A stretch of 64,000 nucleotides of DNA from Phycisphaerae bacterium (GCA_050115495.1 JASFQK010000010.1:64001-128000), one strand, 5' to 3'. Numbered from the stretch's first letter, positions 29,994-39,625 are shown. A program made the numbers and translations. The notes: generated by a model from the sequence alone, not told the origin.

Positions 29994-31352
29994 GTGGACA
30001 ACGTACTGACCTGGCTGCGCCAGAACCGCGCCGCCCATCTCGACTGGCTCAGGGAATTCTGCCGGATCCCCAGTATCAGCACCAAGACAGAACGCAGCGC
30101 CGACGTCGTCCGCGCCGTGGAGTGGACGCGTGACCTGTGCCGGCGCATCGGTCTGTCTGCCGAGGTGCACGATACGGGTGGGCATCCGCTCGTCTGTGCC
30201 GAATGGTGCCAGGCGCCCGGCCGGCCGACGGTGCTGGTTTACGGGCACATCGACGTGCAGCCTGAGGGCGATCTCAGCTTGTGGGATGCCGATCCGTTCG
30301 ACCCGGTCGTCAAGGATGATTGGCTCTACTGCCGCGGGGCGGCGGATGACAAGGGGCAGATCATCGCGCACTTGCGGGCCGTCGCCGCGTGGCTGGCGAC
30401 CGAGGGCAAGCTGCCGGTCAACGTGCGCTACCTCTTCGAAGCCGAGGAGGAGATTTCGTCGCCGCACCTGCTTCCCTGGATCGAGAAGCACACGGACCGG
30501 TTGCGCTGCGACCTCGTTCTGATCTCCGACACCGGCCTCGTCGCCGACGGTGTGCCCACGATTACGTACGGCACTCGCGGCATCCTGTACAAGGAAGTCC
30601 GGATCTTCGGGCCCAAGCACGACGTGCACAGCGGTTGCTTCGGCGGCAGCATCGCCAATCCGGCCAATGTCCTCGCCAACCTGGTCGCCTCGCTACACGA
30701 TGAGCAGGGCCGCGTGATGATCCCCGGCTTCTACGGCAACGTGAGCGACCCGACGCCTGACGAGCGTCAGAAGATCGCCGCCGCTCCGTTCGACGAGGCT
30801 GGCTACATGGCCGAGCTGAACGTGCCCGGCGTCACCGGCGAGGAGGGCTTCACGACCAATGAACGGCGCTGGATTCGACCTACGCTCGATGTGAACGGCA
30901 TCTACGGCGGCTTCATGGCGGAGGGGGCGAACACGATCATCCCGGCCCGCGCAGGGGCCAAGATCAGTATGCGGCTCGTCGCCGGCCAGGATCCGGCGGA
31001 GCTCAGCAAGCGATTCGACGAGACCATCCGCGTGCGCGTTCCCGGGACCGTTCGGCACGAGATCATCCACCACGGCATGGCCGCGGCTTATCGGGCCCCG
31101 CTCAACAGTCCGGCGATGAACGCCGCCGAGGCCGCTCTGAAGGCGTCTTTCGGGCGGGACGTGGCTTTCATCTGCGAGGGTGGCTCGCTGCCCATCCTGC
31201 CCGAGTTTAAGCGGCTATTGGGGGCTGACAGCCTCCTGATCGGCCTGGCGAGCCCGAGCTGCAACGCTCACGGGCCGAACGAGAAGGTCTCGCTGGCCGA
31301 CCTGGACCGCGGGGCCGAGGCGATTGCCCGGCTGCTAGCCGGCCTGGCCTGA
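29994..31352 (+). CDS. M20/M25/M40 family dipeptidase
   Basis: YGHIDVQP, RGAADDKGQ, EAEEEISS, DVHSG, HGPNE. GTG start follows AAGGAG. Confidence 0.93.
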   Translation: MDNVLTWLRQNRAAHLDWLREFCRIPSISTKTERSADVVRAVEWTRDLCRRIGLSAEVHDTGGHPLVCAEWCQAPGRPTVLVYGHIDVQPEGDLSLWDADPFDPVVKDDWLYCRGAADDKGQIIAHLRAVAAWLATEGKLPVNVRYLFEAEEEISSPHLLPWIEKHTDRLRCDLVLISDTGLVADGVPTITYGTRGILYKEVRIFGPKHDVHSGCFGGSIANPANVLANLVASLHDEQGRVMIPGFYGNVSDPTPDERQKIAAAPFDEAGYMAELNVPGVTGEEGFTTNERRWIRPTLDVNGIYGGFMAEGANTIIPARAGAKISMRLVAGQDPAELSKRFDETIRVRVPGTVRHEIIHHGMAAAYRAPLNSPAMNAAEAALKASFGRDVAFICEGGSLPILPEFKRLLGADSLLIGLASPSCNAHGPNEKVSLADLDRGAEAIARLLAGLA

Positions 31353-31403
31353 TTTCGCCGGAAAGGACGCACGGACACGAGCCAGGCGCACGGACAGGTT
31401 GGC

Positions 31404-32690
31404 TTGCCGGCAGGCGTGAGCGGAGCCGGGACCGCTCACGGCTGGGGCCGGTGGCTGGCGCTGGTCGTGGCGTGGGCGACGGTGCTCGGCTGGTTGGGGG
31501 TGCTCTCGTGGCTGAAGCCGCAGTACATCGCGGATGAATGGCGGCATCTGCTTGTCATTCAAGGGCTTACGAGAGGTGAGTGGCCGCCGGCCGGCTACCT
31601 GCCCATGCTGCCGGCGTATCACCTGCTGGCGGCGGGGGCAGCGTGCGTCTTCGGCGATGCGCTGCTCGTCGTCCGGGCGCTGAATGCGATATTGGCACTC
31701 GCGTCGGTCTGGGTTGTGGATCGAATCGCGCGTCGGCTGGGCGTCAATGCTGGCGGGGGGGCGGTGCTGCTCTTCGTCTGGAACCCGTTGCTGTTGCCGT
31801 ACTTAGTGATGGGTTACACCGAGTCGGCCACGATGCTGGCTCTGCTGGTTGCGGTGTATCTGCATGTGCGTGGATGGCTGCTGCCGTCGGTGGGAGTGTT
31901 GCTGCTGGCGTGCTTGCTGCGGCAGTCGAGCGTCGTTTGGGTGGCGTTTCTCGCCGGCTGGCACATTCTGGCGACGTGGGACGCCCAGCCGGGCGACGGG
32001 ACACGTTGGGACCGCGTTTGCCGAGTCGTCCGGACGTGTGCGGGCCGGCTGTGGGGGCACTTGGCACTGCTCGTGGTGGCGGCGGGGGTGCTGATCTGGC
32101 ACCCGACGTTCACGGCGGGGTCGGAGGTCGGCAACCGGGCGGCGGTGAACGTTGCCCAGTTCTACCTGTTCGGGCTGGTGGTGGGCGCGCTGTGGCTGCC
32201 GCTGTGGCTGGGAGTGCTTTGCCGGCTGTGGCCGAGTCGGCTGCAACCCTCGCTGGCGTGGGGGTGGGTGTGTGCCCTGCTGTTGGCGGCGGTGGGGGGG
32301 CTGGAGATGGCCTACCGCAATCCGCACCCGTGGAACGGCGACGCCGCCTTCCTGCGCAACTGGCCGCTGATCACCATGATGACGTCGCAGGTTGCCCGCC
32401 TGGCGGCGGCGGTGGCGATCGTGGCGGTCGCCGTCCTCGCCGCGATGTTCGTCTACGGGAAGGCGGGCCGCCGACTGCTGCTGCTGACCTGGGTCTTCAG
32501 CCTGCTCTACATTTCACCGCACTGGCTGGTGGATCCGCGGTACTACATCGTGCCGACGGTCTTGCTCGGCCTGCTCACGCCGTTGGGACCGGTGTCGGCG
32601 CGCTGGCAGATCGCGTGGCAGGCCGCGCTCACTGCCGGGCTGGCGGCGTACATCGTGGTCTGCGGCAGCCCGAACGGCGGGGTGCTTTGA
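31404..32690 (+). CDS. ALG10/DIE2-like (GT59) membrane glycosyltransferase (start uncertain)
   Basis: Ordered motifs YIADEWRH..., PAYH, YTES, RQSSVVW, HPWN and DPRYYIVP in a polytopic membrane protein. Confidence 0.65.
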   Translation: MPAGVSGAGTAHGWGRWLALVVAWATVLGWLGVLSWLKPQYIADEWRHLLVIQGLTRGEWPPAGYLPMLPAYHLLAAGAACVFGDALLVVRALNAILALASVWVVDRIARRLGVNAGGGAVLLFVWNPLLLPYLVMGYTESATMLALLVAVYLHVRGWLLPSVGVLLLACLLRQSSVVWVAFLAGWHILATWDAQPGDGTRWDRVCRVVRTCAGRLWGHLALLVVAAGVLIWHPTFTAGSEVGNRAAVNVAQFYLFGLVVGALWLPLWLGVLCRLWPSRLQPSLAWGWVCALLLAAVGGLEMAYRNPHPWNGDAAFLRNWPLITMMTSQVARLAAAVAIVAVAVLAAMFVYGKAGRRLLLLTWVFSLLYISPHWLVDPRYYIVPTVLLGLLTPLGPVSARWQIAWQAALTAGLAAYIVVCGSPNGGVL

Positions 32691-32893
32691 GGGTTATCCA
32701 GCCGTGCGCGGCAGCAACCAGGACCCGAACACCGGGTGCAGGTCGCGTTAATCCGTGATGAGGAAGGCCGCTGACTTGACGCCCGGCCCGGAATGCGCTT
32801 GAATCCGGATTCTCGTGCGCTTGGCGCGGTTGTCATGGTACATCGGCGGGGCGGGACCGCGCAGTCGGCGTCGAACAGCGAGCGAGGGCGACC

Positions 32894-33130
32894 GTGAACA
32901 TCCCCGAATACTGGTGGCCGTACCTGTATCAATACGGCGTTGGACTGGCCATTTTCCTGACCGGCCTGTGGATCATCCTCAGGTACAAGAGCTGCGTGCT
33001 GAGCCGCCAGAGTGACCGCTTCTGGTTCGGCGTGCTGATCTTCGGCTTCATCTGGTACGCAGGCATTCACTTCCTGTGGTATATGGCGGCGATGTATATC
33101 ATGCCGGCCCCCTCCGGGGGGGCGGGATGA
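32894..33130 (+). CDS. Small two-TM membrane protein, translationally coupled to the symporter
   Basis: 78 aa, two hydrophobic helices; ATGA overlap with the next gene. Confidence 0.75.
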   Translation: MNIPEYWWPYLYQYGVGLAIFLTGLWIILRYKSCVLSRQSDRFWFGVLIFGFIWYAGIHFLWYMAAMYIMPAPSGGAG

Positions 33131-35166
33131 TGCTGACCATGCTCGCGGAAGCCACGCAGCCGGCGTCGCAGGCCGCGGCGGCCGCCGGCTCGGTGGCCCA
33201 GCCGCTGGACTACGTGGTTATCGGTGGCTATCTGCTCTTGATCCTCGGGTTCGGCAGCTTCTTCGGTCGCTACGCGAAGTCGACGCGGGACTTCTTCTTC
33301 AGCGGGGCGAGATTCTCCTGGTGGCTCATCGGCATGAGCATGGTGGCCACCGGCGTCGGCTCGCACAGTTTCATCAAGTACGCCCAGAAAGGCTACGAGT
33401 ACGGCATGTCCAGCGGCATGTCGTACATGAACGATTGGTTCTTCATCCCCTTCTTCATGTTCGGTTGGCTGCCGATTATCTACTTCTCGCGGGTGCGCTC
33501 GATCCCGGAGTACTTCCAGCGACGCTTCGGGACGGTGGCTCGCTTCCTGGCCGTGTTGGCGATCCTGGAGTACATGGTCGGCTACATCGGCTACAACCTG
33601 TTCACGTTGGGCACCGTCGCCCATCAGGTGCTCGGTGTCGAGATCTGGCAGGCGATCGTCGTCATCTCCGTGATCTCGGGTATCTATATCACCGCAGGCG
33701 GCCAGACGGCCGTCATTTTCACCGACCTGGCCCAGGGCTTCATGCTGCTGTTTGCCGGATTGCTGCTGTTCGGGCTGGGGCTGGACTACCTGGCGTTTGA
33801 CGGCGCGATACTCGATGGCCTCAAGACGTTCTGGACACACCTGAGCCTGTCGGAGCGCTTGCCTTTTGCCGGCTTCAACGAGCCGCAGAACTTCAACTTC
33901 GTCGGTGTGTTCTGGCAGGACGGGATCGCCGGCAGCATCGCGTTTCTGTTCATCAGCCAGGGGCTCATCATGCGCTTCCTGGCGGCCAAGAGCGTGAATG
34001 AGGGCCGCAAGGCGATTCTGTTCAACACGGTATTCATTCTGCCCATCAGTATGATCGTCGTGGGGAACGCTGGCTGGCTCGGCAACGTGATGGTCGATAT
34101 GGGGTTGATCGACGCCCCTGCCAAGTCGCGTGACATCTTCATCGAGGTTGCCGGGCGCATCTGCGTGCCGGGCATATTCGGGTTTGTGCTGGCGGCGCTG
34201 TCGGCCGCGCTGATGTCCACGATCGACACCCTAACGAACGCGACGGCGGCGCTGTTCATCTACGACGTGTACCAGCCGTACCTCCGGCCCGGCGCGTCCG
34301 ATCGGCACTACATGAGGTCCGCCCGCGTGGCCTCGGCGTGCACGGCCCTGCTCGGGCTCGGCGTGGGCCTGTTTTTCATGGGGTTCGGCAAGGACATGTA
34401 CAAGATCCACGGCATGTTCCAGGCCTTCGTGTCCCCACCGATCGTGGCTGCTGTGTTCCTGGGTGCGTTCTGGCGGCGGTTCACGTCGGCAGGGGCTATT
34501 GCCGCCATGGCCGGTGGCATGATCTGTATCGGGCTGTCCAAGGTCTTCCCGACTCTGGTCTGGCCGTTCGCCCACGGCGTGGCGCCGGACGACAGCGGTC
34601 AGTACAACTACATGACCGCGTGCTTCGGGCTGTTCTGTTCGGCGTTCATCGGTGCTGTCGTGTCGCTCATGACGCGGCCGAAGACGGATCAGGAGATCGC
34701 CGGCCTGTGGATCGGCACCATGGACTTCAGCATGCGCCGCTTCAAGGGCGCTACGCCGAATCACGAAGTTGGCAAGCGCGTTTTCGCCGACCTGCGTGTT
34801 TCGCCCGACGGCACCACTCCGGCCACTACTGCGCTGACGTTCGAAGAGCATCAGCGGCCGTCCGACGATTCGCCGCCGTCCGACGCGCTGCAATACGCCC
34901 GGACACCGCTCAGGCCGCCCGGACCGCCGCCGCCCGAGTATGCCATTGTCCGCGTGGGGTCGGCGGACATGGAGCGTATGAGGGCGGAGCCCGGCGACCT
35001 GCTCTATGTCAGTGACGCCCGCTGGTGGCTGGGCGGCTTGCGCTCGCTGCACTGCCGCGCGGGCACGCCGCACGAGCAGGATGGCACCGTGCTCATGAAC
35101 GAGGCGGCTTTCGCCGGCGGTAGCTTCGTTCGCGGCCGGCGCGTGCGCGTCGAGAAGTTCTTCTAG
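33127..35166 (+). CDS. Sodium:solute symporter (SSS) family protein with extra soluble C-terminal domain
   Basis: DYVVI..Y, DFFFSG..FSWW..GMSMVAT, GGQTAVIFTD..QG, RFLAAKS, AALMSTID. Confidence 0.93.
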   Translation: MMLTMLAEATQPASQAAAAAGSVAQPLDYVVIGGYLLLILGFGSFFGRYAKSTRDFFFSGARFSWWLIGMSMVATGVGSHSFIKYAQKGYEYGMSSGMSYMNDWFFIPFFMFGWLPIIYFSRVRSIPEYFQRRFGTVARFLAVLAILEYMVGYIGYNLFTLGTVAHQVLGVEIWQAIVVISVISGIYITAGGQTAVIFTDLAQGFMLLFAGLLLFGLGLDYLAFDGAILDGLKTFWTHLSLSERLPFAGFNEPQNFNFVGVFWQDGIAGSIAFLFISQGLIMRFLAAKSVNEGRKAILFNTVFILPISMIVVGNAGWLGNVMVDMGLIDAPAKSRDIFIEVAGRICVPGIFGFVLAALSAALMSTIDTLTNATAALFIYDVYQPYLRPGASDRHYMRSARVASACTALLGLGVGLFFMGFGKDMYKIHGMFQAFVSPPIVAAVFLGAFWRRFTSAGAIAAMAGGMICIGLSKVFPTLVWPFAHGVAPDDSGQYNYMTACFGLFCSAFIGAVVSLMTRPKTDQEIAGLWIGTMDFSMRRFKGATPNHEVGKRVFADLRVSPDGTTPATTALTFEEHQRPSDDSPPSDALQYARTPLRPPGPPPPEYAIVRVGSADMERMRAEPGDLLYVSDARWWLGGLRSLHCRAGTPHEQDGTVLMNEAAFAGGSFVRGRRVRVEKFF

Positions 35167-35171
35167 CCGCG

Positions 35172-36119
35172 ATGTCTCCGCAGCGCGGGCATAACGAGTG
35201 GCGCGAGGCGGTGACGTATCCCGTCCGTGAGCAGACCGCCACATGGCACGATGCCGCCCGCGGCCGCGACGTGCCGATCCGCGTCTACCTGCCCGATGGG
35301 CTCGAAGGCCGCGCCCCGGTGGTCGTCTTTTCTCACGGCCTGGGCAGCTCCTGTGACGGCTACGCCTACCTCGGCCGGCACTGGGCCGCCGGCGGGTATC
35401 TCGTCGTACACCCCACGCACATCGGCAGTGACGCCGACGCCTTGCGCGGCCCCGGCGGGTTGCCGCCGCGCAGCCTGGCGGAGTTCCTGGCCGATGTACA
35501 GCAATGGCAGGATCGGCCCCGCGATGTGTCGTTCGTGCTCGATCGCCTCGCTGACGAGCCCAAGCTGCGCGAGCATGCCGACCTCGACCGTGTCGCCGCC
35601 GCCGGCCATTCGTACGGGGCGTTCACGGCCCTTGCGCTGGCGGGGCTGGTCATCGACTTGCCCGACCGGCTCGGCGTGACCTTCCGCGACCCGCGGGTTC
35701 GAGCGGCCATCGTCATGTCGCCGCAAAGCCAGGACAAATTCGGCCTGCGCGTCGATTCGTGGAACCGGATCGATATCCCGGTCCTGTCGCTGACCGGCAC
35801 GAAGGACATGGAGTACGGCGTCGGGTCGGCGGCGCCGCGGCGCACGTCGTACGACCGCACGCCAGGGCGGGACCAGTTCCTCGTCACGATCGACGGGGCG
35901 ACGCACGCCACGTTTGATGATCCGCACCGGCTGCGCATCCGCGTCAAGCCGCACAACCCGGCTCATCACGAGTACATCCGGGCGGTGACGGCGGCGTTTC
36001 TCGATGCGTGCCTGCGCGGCTCCGCAGCGGCGCAGCGGTGGCTGTTGAGCGGGGCGGTGGAGCGACTCTCCGCCGGCGCCTGCCGGTTCGAGTACAAGCG
36101 GGTGAACCTGCTCCCCTGA
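35172..36119 (+). CDS. Alpha/beta hydrolase (predicted dienelactone hydrolase-like)
   Basis: PVVVFSHGLG, GHSYGA nucleophile elbow, TGTKD, ATH. Confidence 0.9.
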   Translation: MSPQRGHNEWREAVTYPVREQTATWHDAARGRDVPIRVYLPDGLEGRAPVVVFSHGLGSSCDGYAYLGRHWAAGGYLVVHPTHIGSDADALRGPGGLPPRSLAEFLADVQQWQDRPRDVSFVLDRLADEPKLREHADLDRVAAAGHSYGAFTALALAGLVIDLPDRLGVTFRDPRVRAAIVMSPQSQDKFGLRVDSWNRIDIPVLSLTGTKDMEYGVGSAAPRRTSYDRTPGRDQFLVTIDGATHATFDDPHRLRIRVKPHNPAHHEYIRAVTAAFLDACLRGSAAAQRWLLSGAVERLSAGACRFEYKRVNLLP

Positions 36120-36134
36120 CTGGTCGGGCCGCGG

Positions 36135-37298
36135 CTACTTGCGCCGCTTCGCCTTGCGGATGTTGACGTCGATGCTCTTCACGCGTTTGTTGGCGATCTT
36201 GTAGCTTCCCTCGACGCGTCGGCCGTTCGGCAGCTCGCAGATGACGAGCCGGCGGCCGGGCTTCTTCTCGACGGTCCACGTGCCGCGTGACGGGGCGTCC
36301 TTCAAAGCCTGCGTTAGCAATGCCGACGGCAGCCAGTCGTCAGCGTGGTGCCGCAACTCGCCCGCCTCCGCCGCCGCGGCGAATTCCTCGAACGTGTCGA
36401 AGAACTGGCGCTGGCTGAAAGCCCGGGCATAGAAGCTGGTCAGGGCCGCGACGGTGGTTTCGGCGTACAGGTCTGCGGTCGGGTTTTCATCGAGACTGAG
36501 CCAGTACTCCTCCCAGCGCTGCTGAAAGGCGTCGACGCTGTTGCCGAAGATACGGGCCCAGGCCGCCTCCCAGTTCTGCCCGCGGCTGACCTCTTTCAGG
36601 AAGCGTCCGAATGGCTCCTGGTAGCGTCCGTTGTCGGCGTGCGCGAGGAAATGGACCATGGCCCAGGCCTGGTCGTAGTTCGCCAACGCGTCGCCCATCA
36701 TGACTTCCACGTTCCAGGCGGCGTGCGGCAGCCGCATCATGTCGAGCAGGGGCCGGAAGTGCTTTCGGTTGATGCCGCTCTTGATGCGGATCAGCCGGTC
36801 CGGCGGGATGAGACCGGTGTAGAAACCGTCGCCGGTGTAGATGCCGTGGCCGAAATACTCCGCCATGCCCTCGTTGGCCCAGATGGGCAGGTCGTCACCG
36901 ATAGCCGCGTCGGCGAACTGGTGGAAGCCCTCGTGCTGGAGGACGTGCCAAGTGCGTTCGGTCAGCTCCTCGCCGGCGAGAACCATCAGCCGGTCGCCCA
37001 TGAAGACGCCCGCGGTGTTCGGCATGCCGCCGTGGGCGTAGTAGTTGGAGACGTCGCGGAAGACGTAGACGGGCAGCCGGTCGCGGATCGTGCGTGAGAA
37101 GCCGCTGGTGCGGTTGTGGTACTCCTCGGCCATGAGCGTCAGGCGGCTCACGAGCTCCTGGGCACGCTCGGTGTCCGTGTCGGTGTGCAGGCTGTAGTAC
37201 TTGGTTTCATACGTGCGCAACTGAGCTTGCGCCGATGGGGTCCCGAGTTGCACCGAGACCAGCGTCGCCATCGCGGCGAGCAAAACGGACGGTCGCAT
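36135..37298 (-). CDS. Secreted zincin-like protein (DUF1570/peptidase MA-like)
   Basis: Signal peptide; HEGFHQF...PIWANEGMAEYF; YDQAWAMVHFL. Confidence 0.85.
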   Translation of the reverse strand: MRPSVLLAAMATLVSVQLGTPSAQAQLRTYETKYYSLHTDTDTERAQELVSRLTLMAEEYHNRTSGFSRTIRDRLPVYVFRDVSNYYAHGGMPNTAGVFMGDRLMVLAGEELTERTWHVLQHEGFHQFADAAIGDDLPIWANEGMAEYFGHGIYTGDGFYTGLIPPDRLIRIKSGINRKHFRPLLDMMRLPHAAWNVEVMMGDALANYDQAWAMVHFLAHADNGRYQEPFGRFLKEVSRGQNWEAAWARIFGNSVDAFQQRWEEYWLSLDENPTADLYAETTVAALTSFYARAFSQRQFFDTFEEFAAAAEAGELRHHADDWLPSALLTQALKDAPSRGTWTVEKKPGRRLVICELPNGRRVEGSYKIANKRVKSIDVNIRKAKRRK

Positions 37299-37330
37299 AC
37301 GAAATCCTCCCTATCGTGTCGGGCCGTGGC

Positions 37331-37624
37331 TCAGGTGAGCTTCGCATCGCAGCGGCAGACCATCTCGCCGCAGCCGGGACAGCCCGACGTGAACTTGCCG
37401 ATCGCCTCCTCCAGGTCGATATCCTCGACGTTGGCCAGGGTCACCAGCCAGGCGAAGACGTCGGCGAACTCCTCGCGTAGGTTCTCGCGGTCCTGTTTGG
37501 CGACCCCGCTGGCCAATTCGCCGAACTCCTCAGCGAGCCAAAGGAACGTCTTGGCGGCGCCGCGGCGACGGTCCTTGTCGGAATACATGCGGTCGATCAG
37601 TTGCTGGAATTCGCGGATGTGCAC
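37331..37624 (-). CDS. MazG-like nucleotide pyrophosphohydrolase
   Basis: WLAEEFGELA...LREEFADVFAWL; C-terminal CPGC...CRC; GTG start. Confidence 0.9.
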   Translation of the reverse strand: MHIREFQQLIDRMYSDKDRRRGAAKTFLWLAEEFGELASGVAKQDRENLREEFADVFAWLVTLANVEDIDLEEAIGKFTSGCPGCGEMVCRCDAKLT

Positions 37625-37683
37625 GGTGGCCCTCTTGCCTCTTACAATGGCCGGGCCGGGGGACGCCGGGAGCGACGCTGGCC

Positions 37684-38133
37684 ATGCCGCAGCCACACGA
37701 CCGCAAGCACGCGCCGCCGGTCTTCGAGCCGGCGCTGGCCGACTGGCCTGATACAGGAGTGTATCAGCTTTGGCTGGAGGTGTCAGTCGGGTTGCGGTTG
37801 CGGGTGGGGCGGCTGGGGCGGGTGAGCCTGGAACCGGGTGTGTACGTGTATACGGGGAGGGCGTCGCGGGGGCTGCGGGCCCGGGTGCTGCGGCACGCTC
37901 GGGGGGCCCGCCGGCGGCACTGGCACATCGACTACCTGCTGGCCCGGGCGGAGGTGCGGCTTTTGCGCGTGCGACTGGCTGCCGGCGAGGCGGAGGCGGA
38001 ATGTGCTGTGAACAAGGCTGTTCCGGGTGGCGAGTGCGTGTTGCCGGGCTTTGGCAGCTCGGATTGCCGGCGGGGATGCGGTTCACATTTGCGTTACGTG
38101 CCCGTTGCGCTTGACGCTCGTGCGGCGGAGTAG
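37684..38133 (+). CDS. GIY-YIG nuclease family protein (DUF123)
   Basis: GVYQL, GVYVYTGRA, RVLRH, HWHIDYLL, GFGSSDC..GC.SHL. Confidence 0.9.
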   Translation: MPQPHDRKHAPPVFEPALADWPDTGVYQLWLEVSVGLRLRVGRLGRVSLEPGVYVYTGRASRGLRARVLRHARGARRRHWHIDYLLARAEVRLLRVRLAAGEAEAECAVNKAVPGGECVLPGFGSSDCRRGCGSHLRYVPVALDARAAE

Positions 38134-38172
38134 TATCGGTATGTCCAGGCGTCATATCGAGAGGGTGCAGCG

Positions 38173-38601
38173 ATGCGGTTCGACATCAACAGAGTGGACG
38201 TGTGGGCGGGAGAGGTTCCGGACCGGCGTGGTTCGCTGGCCAATACGCTCCGCGCGCTATTCGACGCGGGGGCCGACCTGGACTTCATCATGGGCCGGCC
38301 GTCGCCGGTGAAGCCGAATACGGGCATCCTCTATGTCGCTCCGGTTGAGGGCGAGGCACAGGTGCAGGCGGCGGCCGCGGCGGGGCTGGTGCCTTCGGGG
38401 TTGGTGCCGGCCCTGCGGATCGGCGGACCGGACGAGCGGGGTCTGGCCGAGCGGATCGCCCGGGCGCTGTCCGACGCGGGTATCAATATCGCGGCCTGGA
38501 TGGCCGGACGCATGGCCGACCGCTGCGTGATGCACCTGCGGTTCGAGCGGGACGAAGACCTGACGAGGGCGGAAGAGGTGCTGAAGGAGGTGTTGAAATA
38601 A
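38173..38601 (+). CDS. ACT domain-containing protein (copy 1)
   Basis: DRRGSLA...GADLDF and DERGLA..IARALSDAGINI tandem ACT motifs. Confidence 0.85.
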   Translation: MRFDINRVDVWAGEVPDRRGSLANTLRALFDAGADLDFIMGRPSPVKPNTGILYVAPVEGEAQVQAAAAAGLVPSGLVPALRIGGPDERGLAERIARALSDAGINIAAWMAGRMADRCVMHLRFERDEDLTRAEEVLKEVLK

Positions 38602-38697
38602 GCGGCGCGCCGTCGGGCGGCGGGCACGACGGCGGCAACGGGTGACAGAGCTGGCCATGCCGGGGCCTGCGTCCCGGCGTCAATCGTGGGGCGAGCG

Positions 38698-39123
38698 ATG
38701 GCATTTGAGATTACCAAGGTCGAAGTCTGGGAGGGGCGGGTTATCGATCGACCGGGGGCGTTGTCCGAGCAACTGGCGGAAGTGATGCGGGCCGGGGCGA
38801 ACCTCGACATGATCATGGCGCGCCCCTGTCCGCTGCGTCCGGACGAGTGCACGCTGGTCCTGGGTCCGCTGCACGGCGAGGCTCAGACCACCGCCGCCGA
38901 ACAGGCGGACCTGCACCGGTCCGGCGAGCATTGGCTGCGGCTGGAGGGTCCGGACCGGCCCTGGCTGGCGGCGGGCATCTCGCGGACGGTGGCCGACAGC
39001 GGCGTGAACATCAAGTCGATGACCGGCACGGTTCTCGGTGACCGTTGCGTGGTGTACATCTCGTTCGCGACCGAAGCCGACGCCCGCCGGGCGGCGCAGG
39101 TGCTGACGCCGGTTTTGGGCTGA
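38698..39123 (+). CDS. ACT domain-containing protein (copy 2)
   Basis: DRPGALS...GANLDM and DRPWLA...VADSGVNI; collinear with copy 1. Confidence 0.85.
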   Translation: MAFEITKVEVWEGRVIDRPGALSEQLAEVMRAGANLDMIMARPCPLRPDECTLVLGPLHGEAQTTAAEQADLHRSGEHWLRLEGPDRPWLAAGISRTVADSGVNIKSMTGTVLGDRCVVYISFATEADARRAAQVLTPVLG

Positions 39124-39145
39124 TGGACGCGTCGGGCGAGCAGGG

Positions 39146-39192
39146 CAGGTAGGGCAGGCCCTGCCCGCCAATATCGGCGGAACCTACCTGCT
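39146..39192. repeat. GTAG-type REP-like nested palindrome
   Basis: GCAGGTAGG...CCTACCTGC inverted repeat enclosing GGGCAGGCCCTGCCC; lies between convergent genes. Confidence 0.55.
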
Positions 39193-39252
39193 GACCGCCG
39201 TGGCCCGCCCCGCATCTTCTGGTGGGTATCGCGTGGCACCCGCCTGTCTTGC

Positions 39253-39525
39253 CTACCCTCTGCGGCTCTTCCGCGGCGCACGCGGTCGTGAGGCTTGCTT
39301 CTCCAGAGCAGCCTTTACCATATCAGGGGGCTCCTCAATCGTTGCATAGCCTTCGGCAATGGCTTGTGCCCAGGCCCGGTAGAGACGCTTCGTTTCATCA
39401 TCCGCGTTGAAGTACCATATCAGGCCGCTTGTGCAGGCCAATTGCTTGTGGCCGTGCTCCTCCTGCATGAAGCGCTCTCGCACTACCTCGGGCACCTGCG
39501 AGTTGAACTTAGCGAACCTAGCCAT
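39253..39525 (-). CDS. Small hypothetical protein, possibly ribbon-helix-helix-like, with basic tail
   Basis: 90 aa. N-terminal strand-helix-helix pattern (KFNSQV/PEVVRERF/KQLACTSGLIWYF); ends RPRAPRKSRRG. Confidence 0.6.
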   Translation of the reverse strand: MARFAKFNSQVPEVVRERFMQEEHGHKQLACTSGLIWYFNADDETKRLYRAWAQAIAEGYATIEEPPDMVKAALEKQASRPRAPRKSRRG

Positions 39526-39596
39526 GGCATCAATATAACCATGGTTCCAGCATGTCATCTATGATCATGAAACCGCGAAAAAACCGTGAAATAAAG

Positions 39597-39625
39597 TTGA
39601 CAACAACCTGGATAGCCCGTATGTT
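39597..39625 (+). promoter_or_regulatory. Sigma70-type promoter P1
   Basis: TTGACA (39597-39602), 17-bp spacer, TATGTT (39620-39625); A-rich UP-like tract upstream. Confidence 0.7.
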
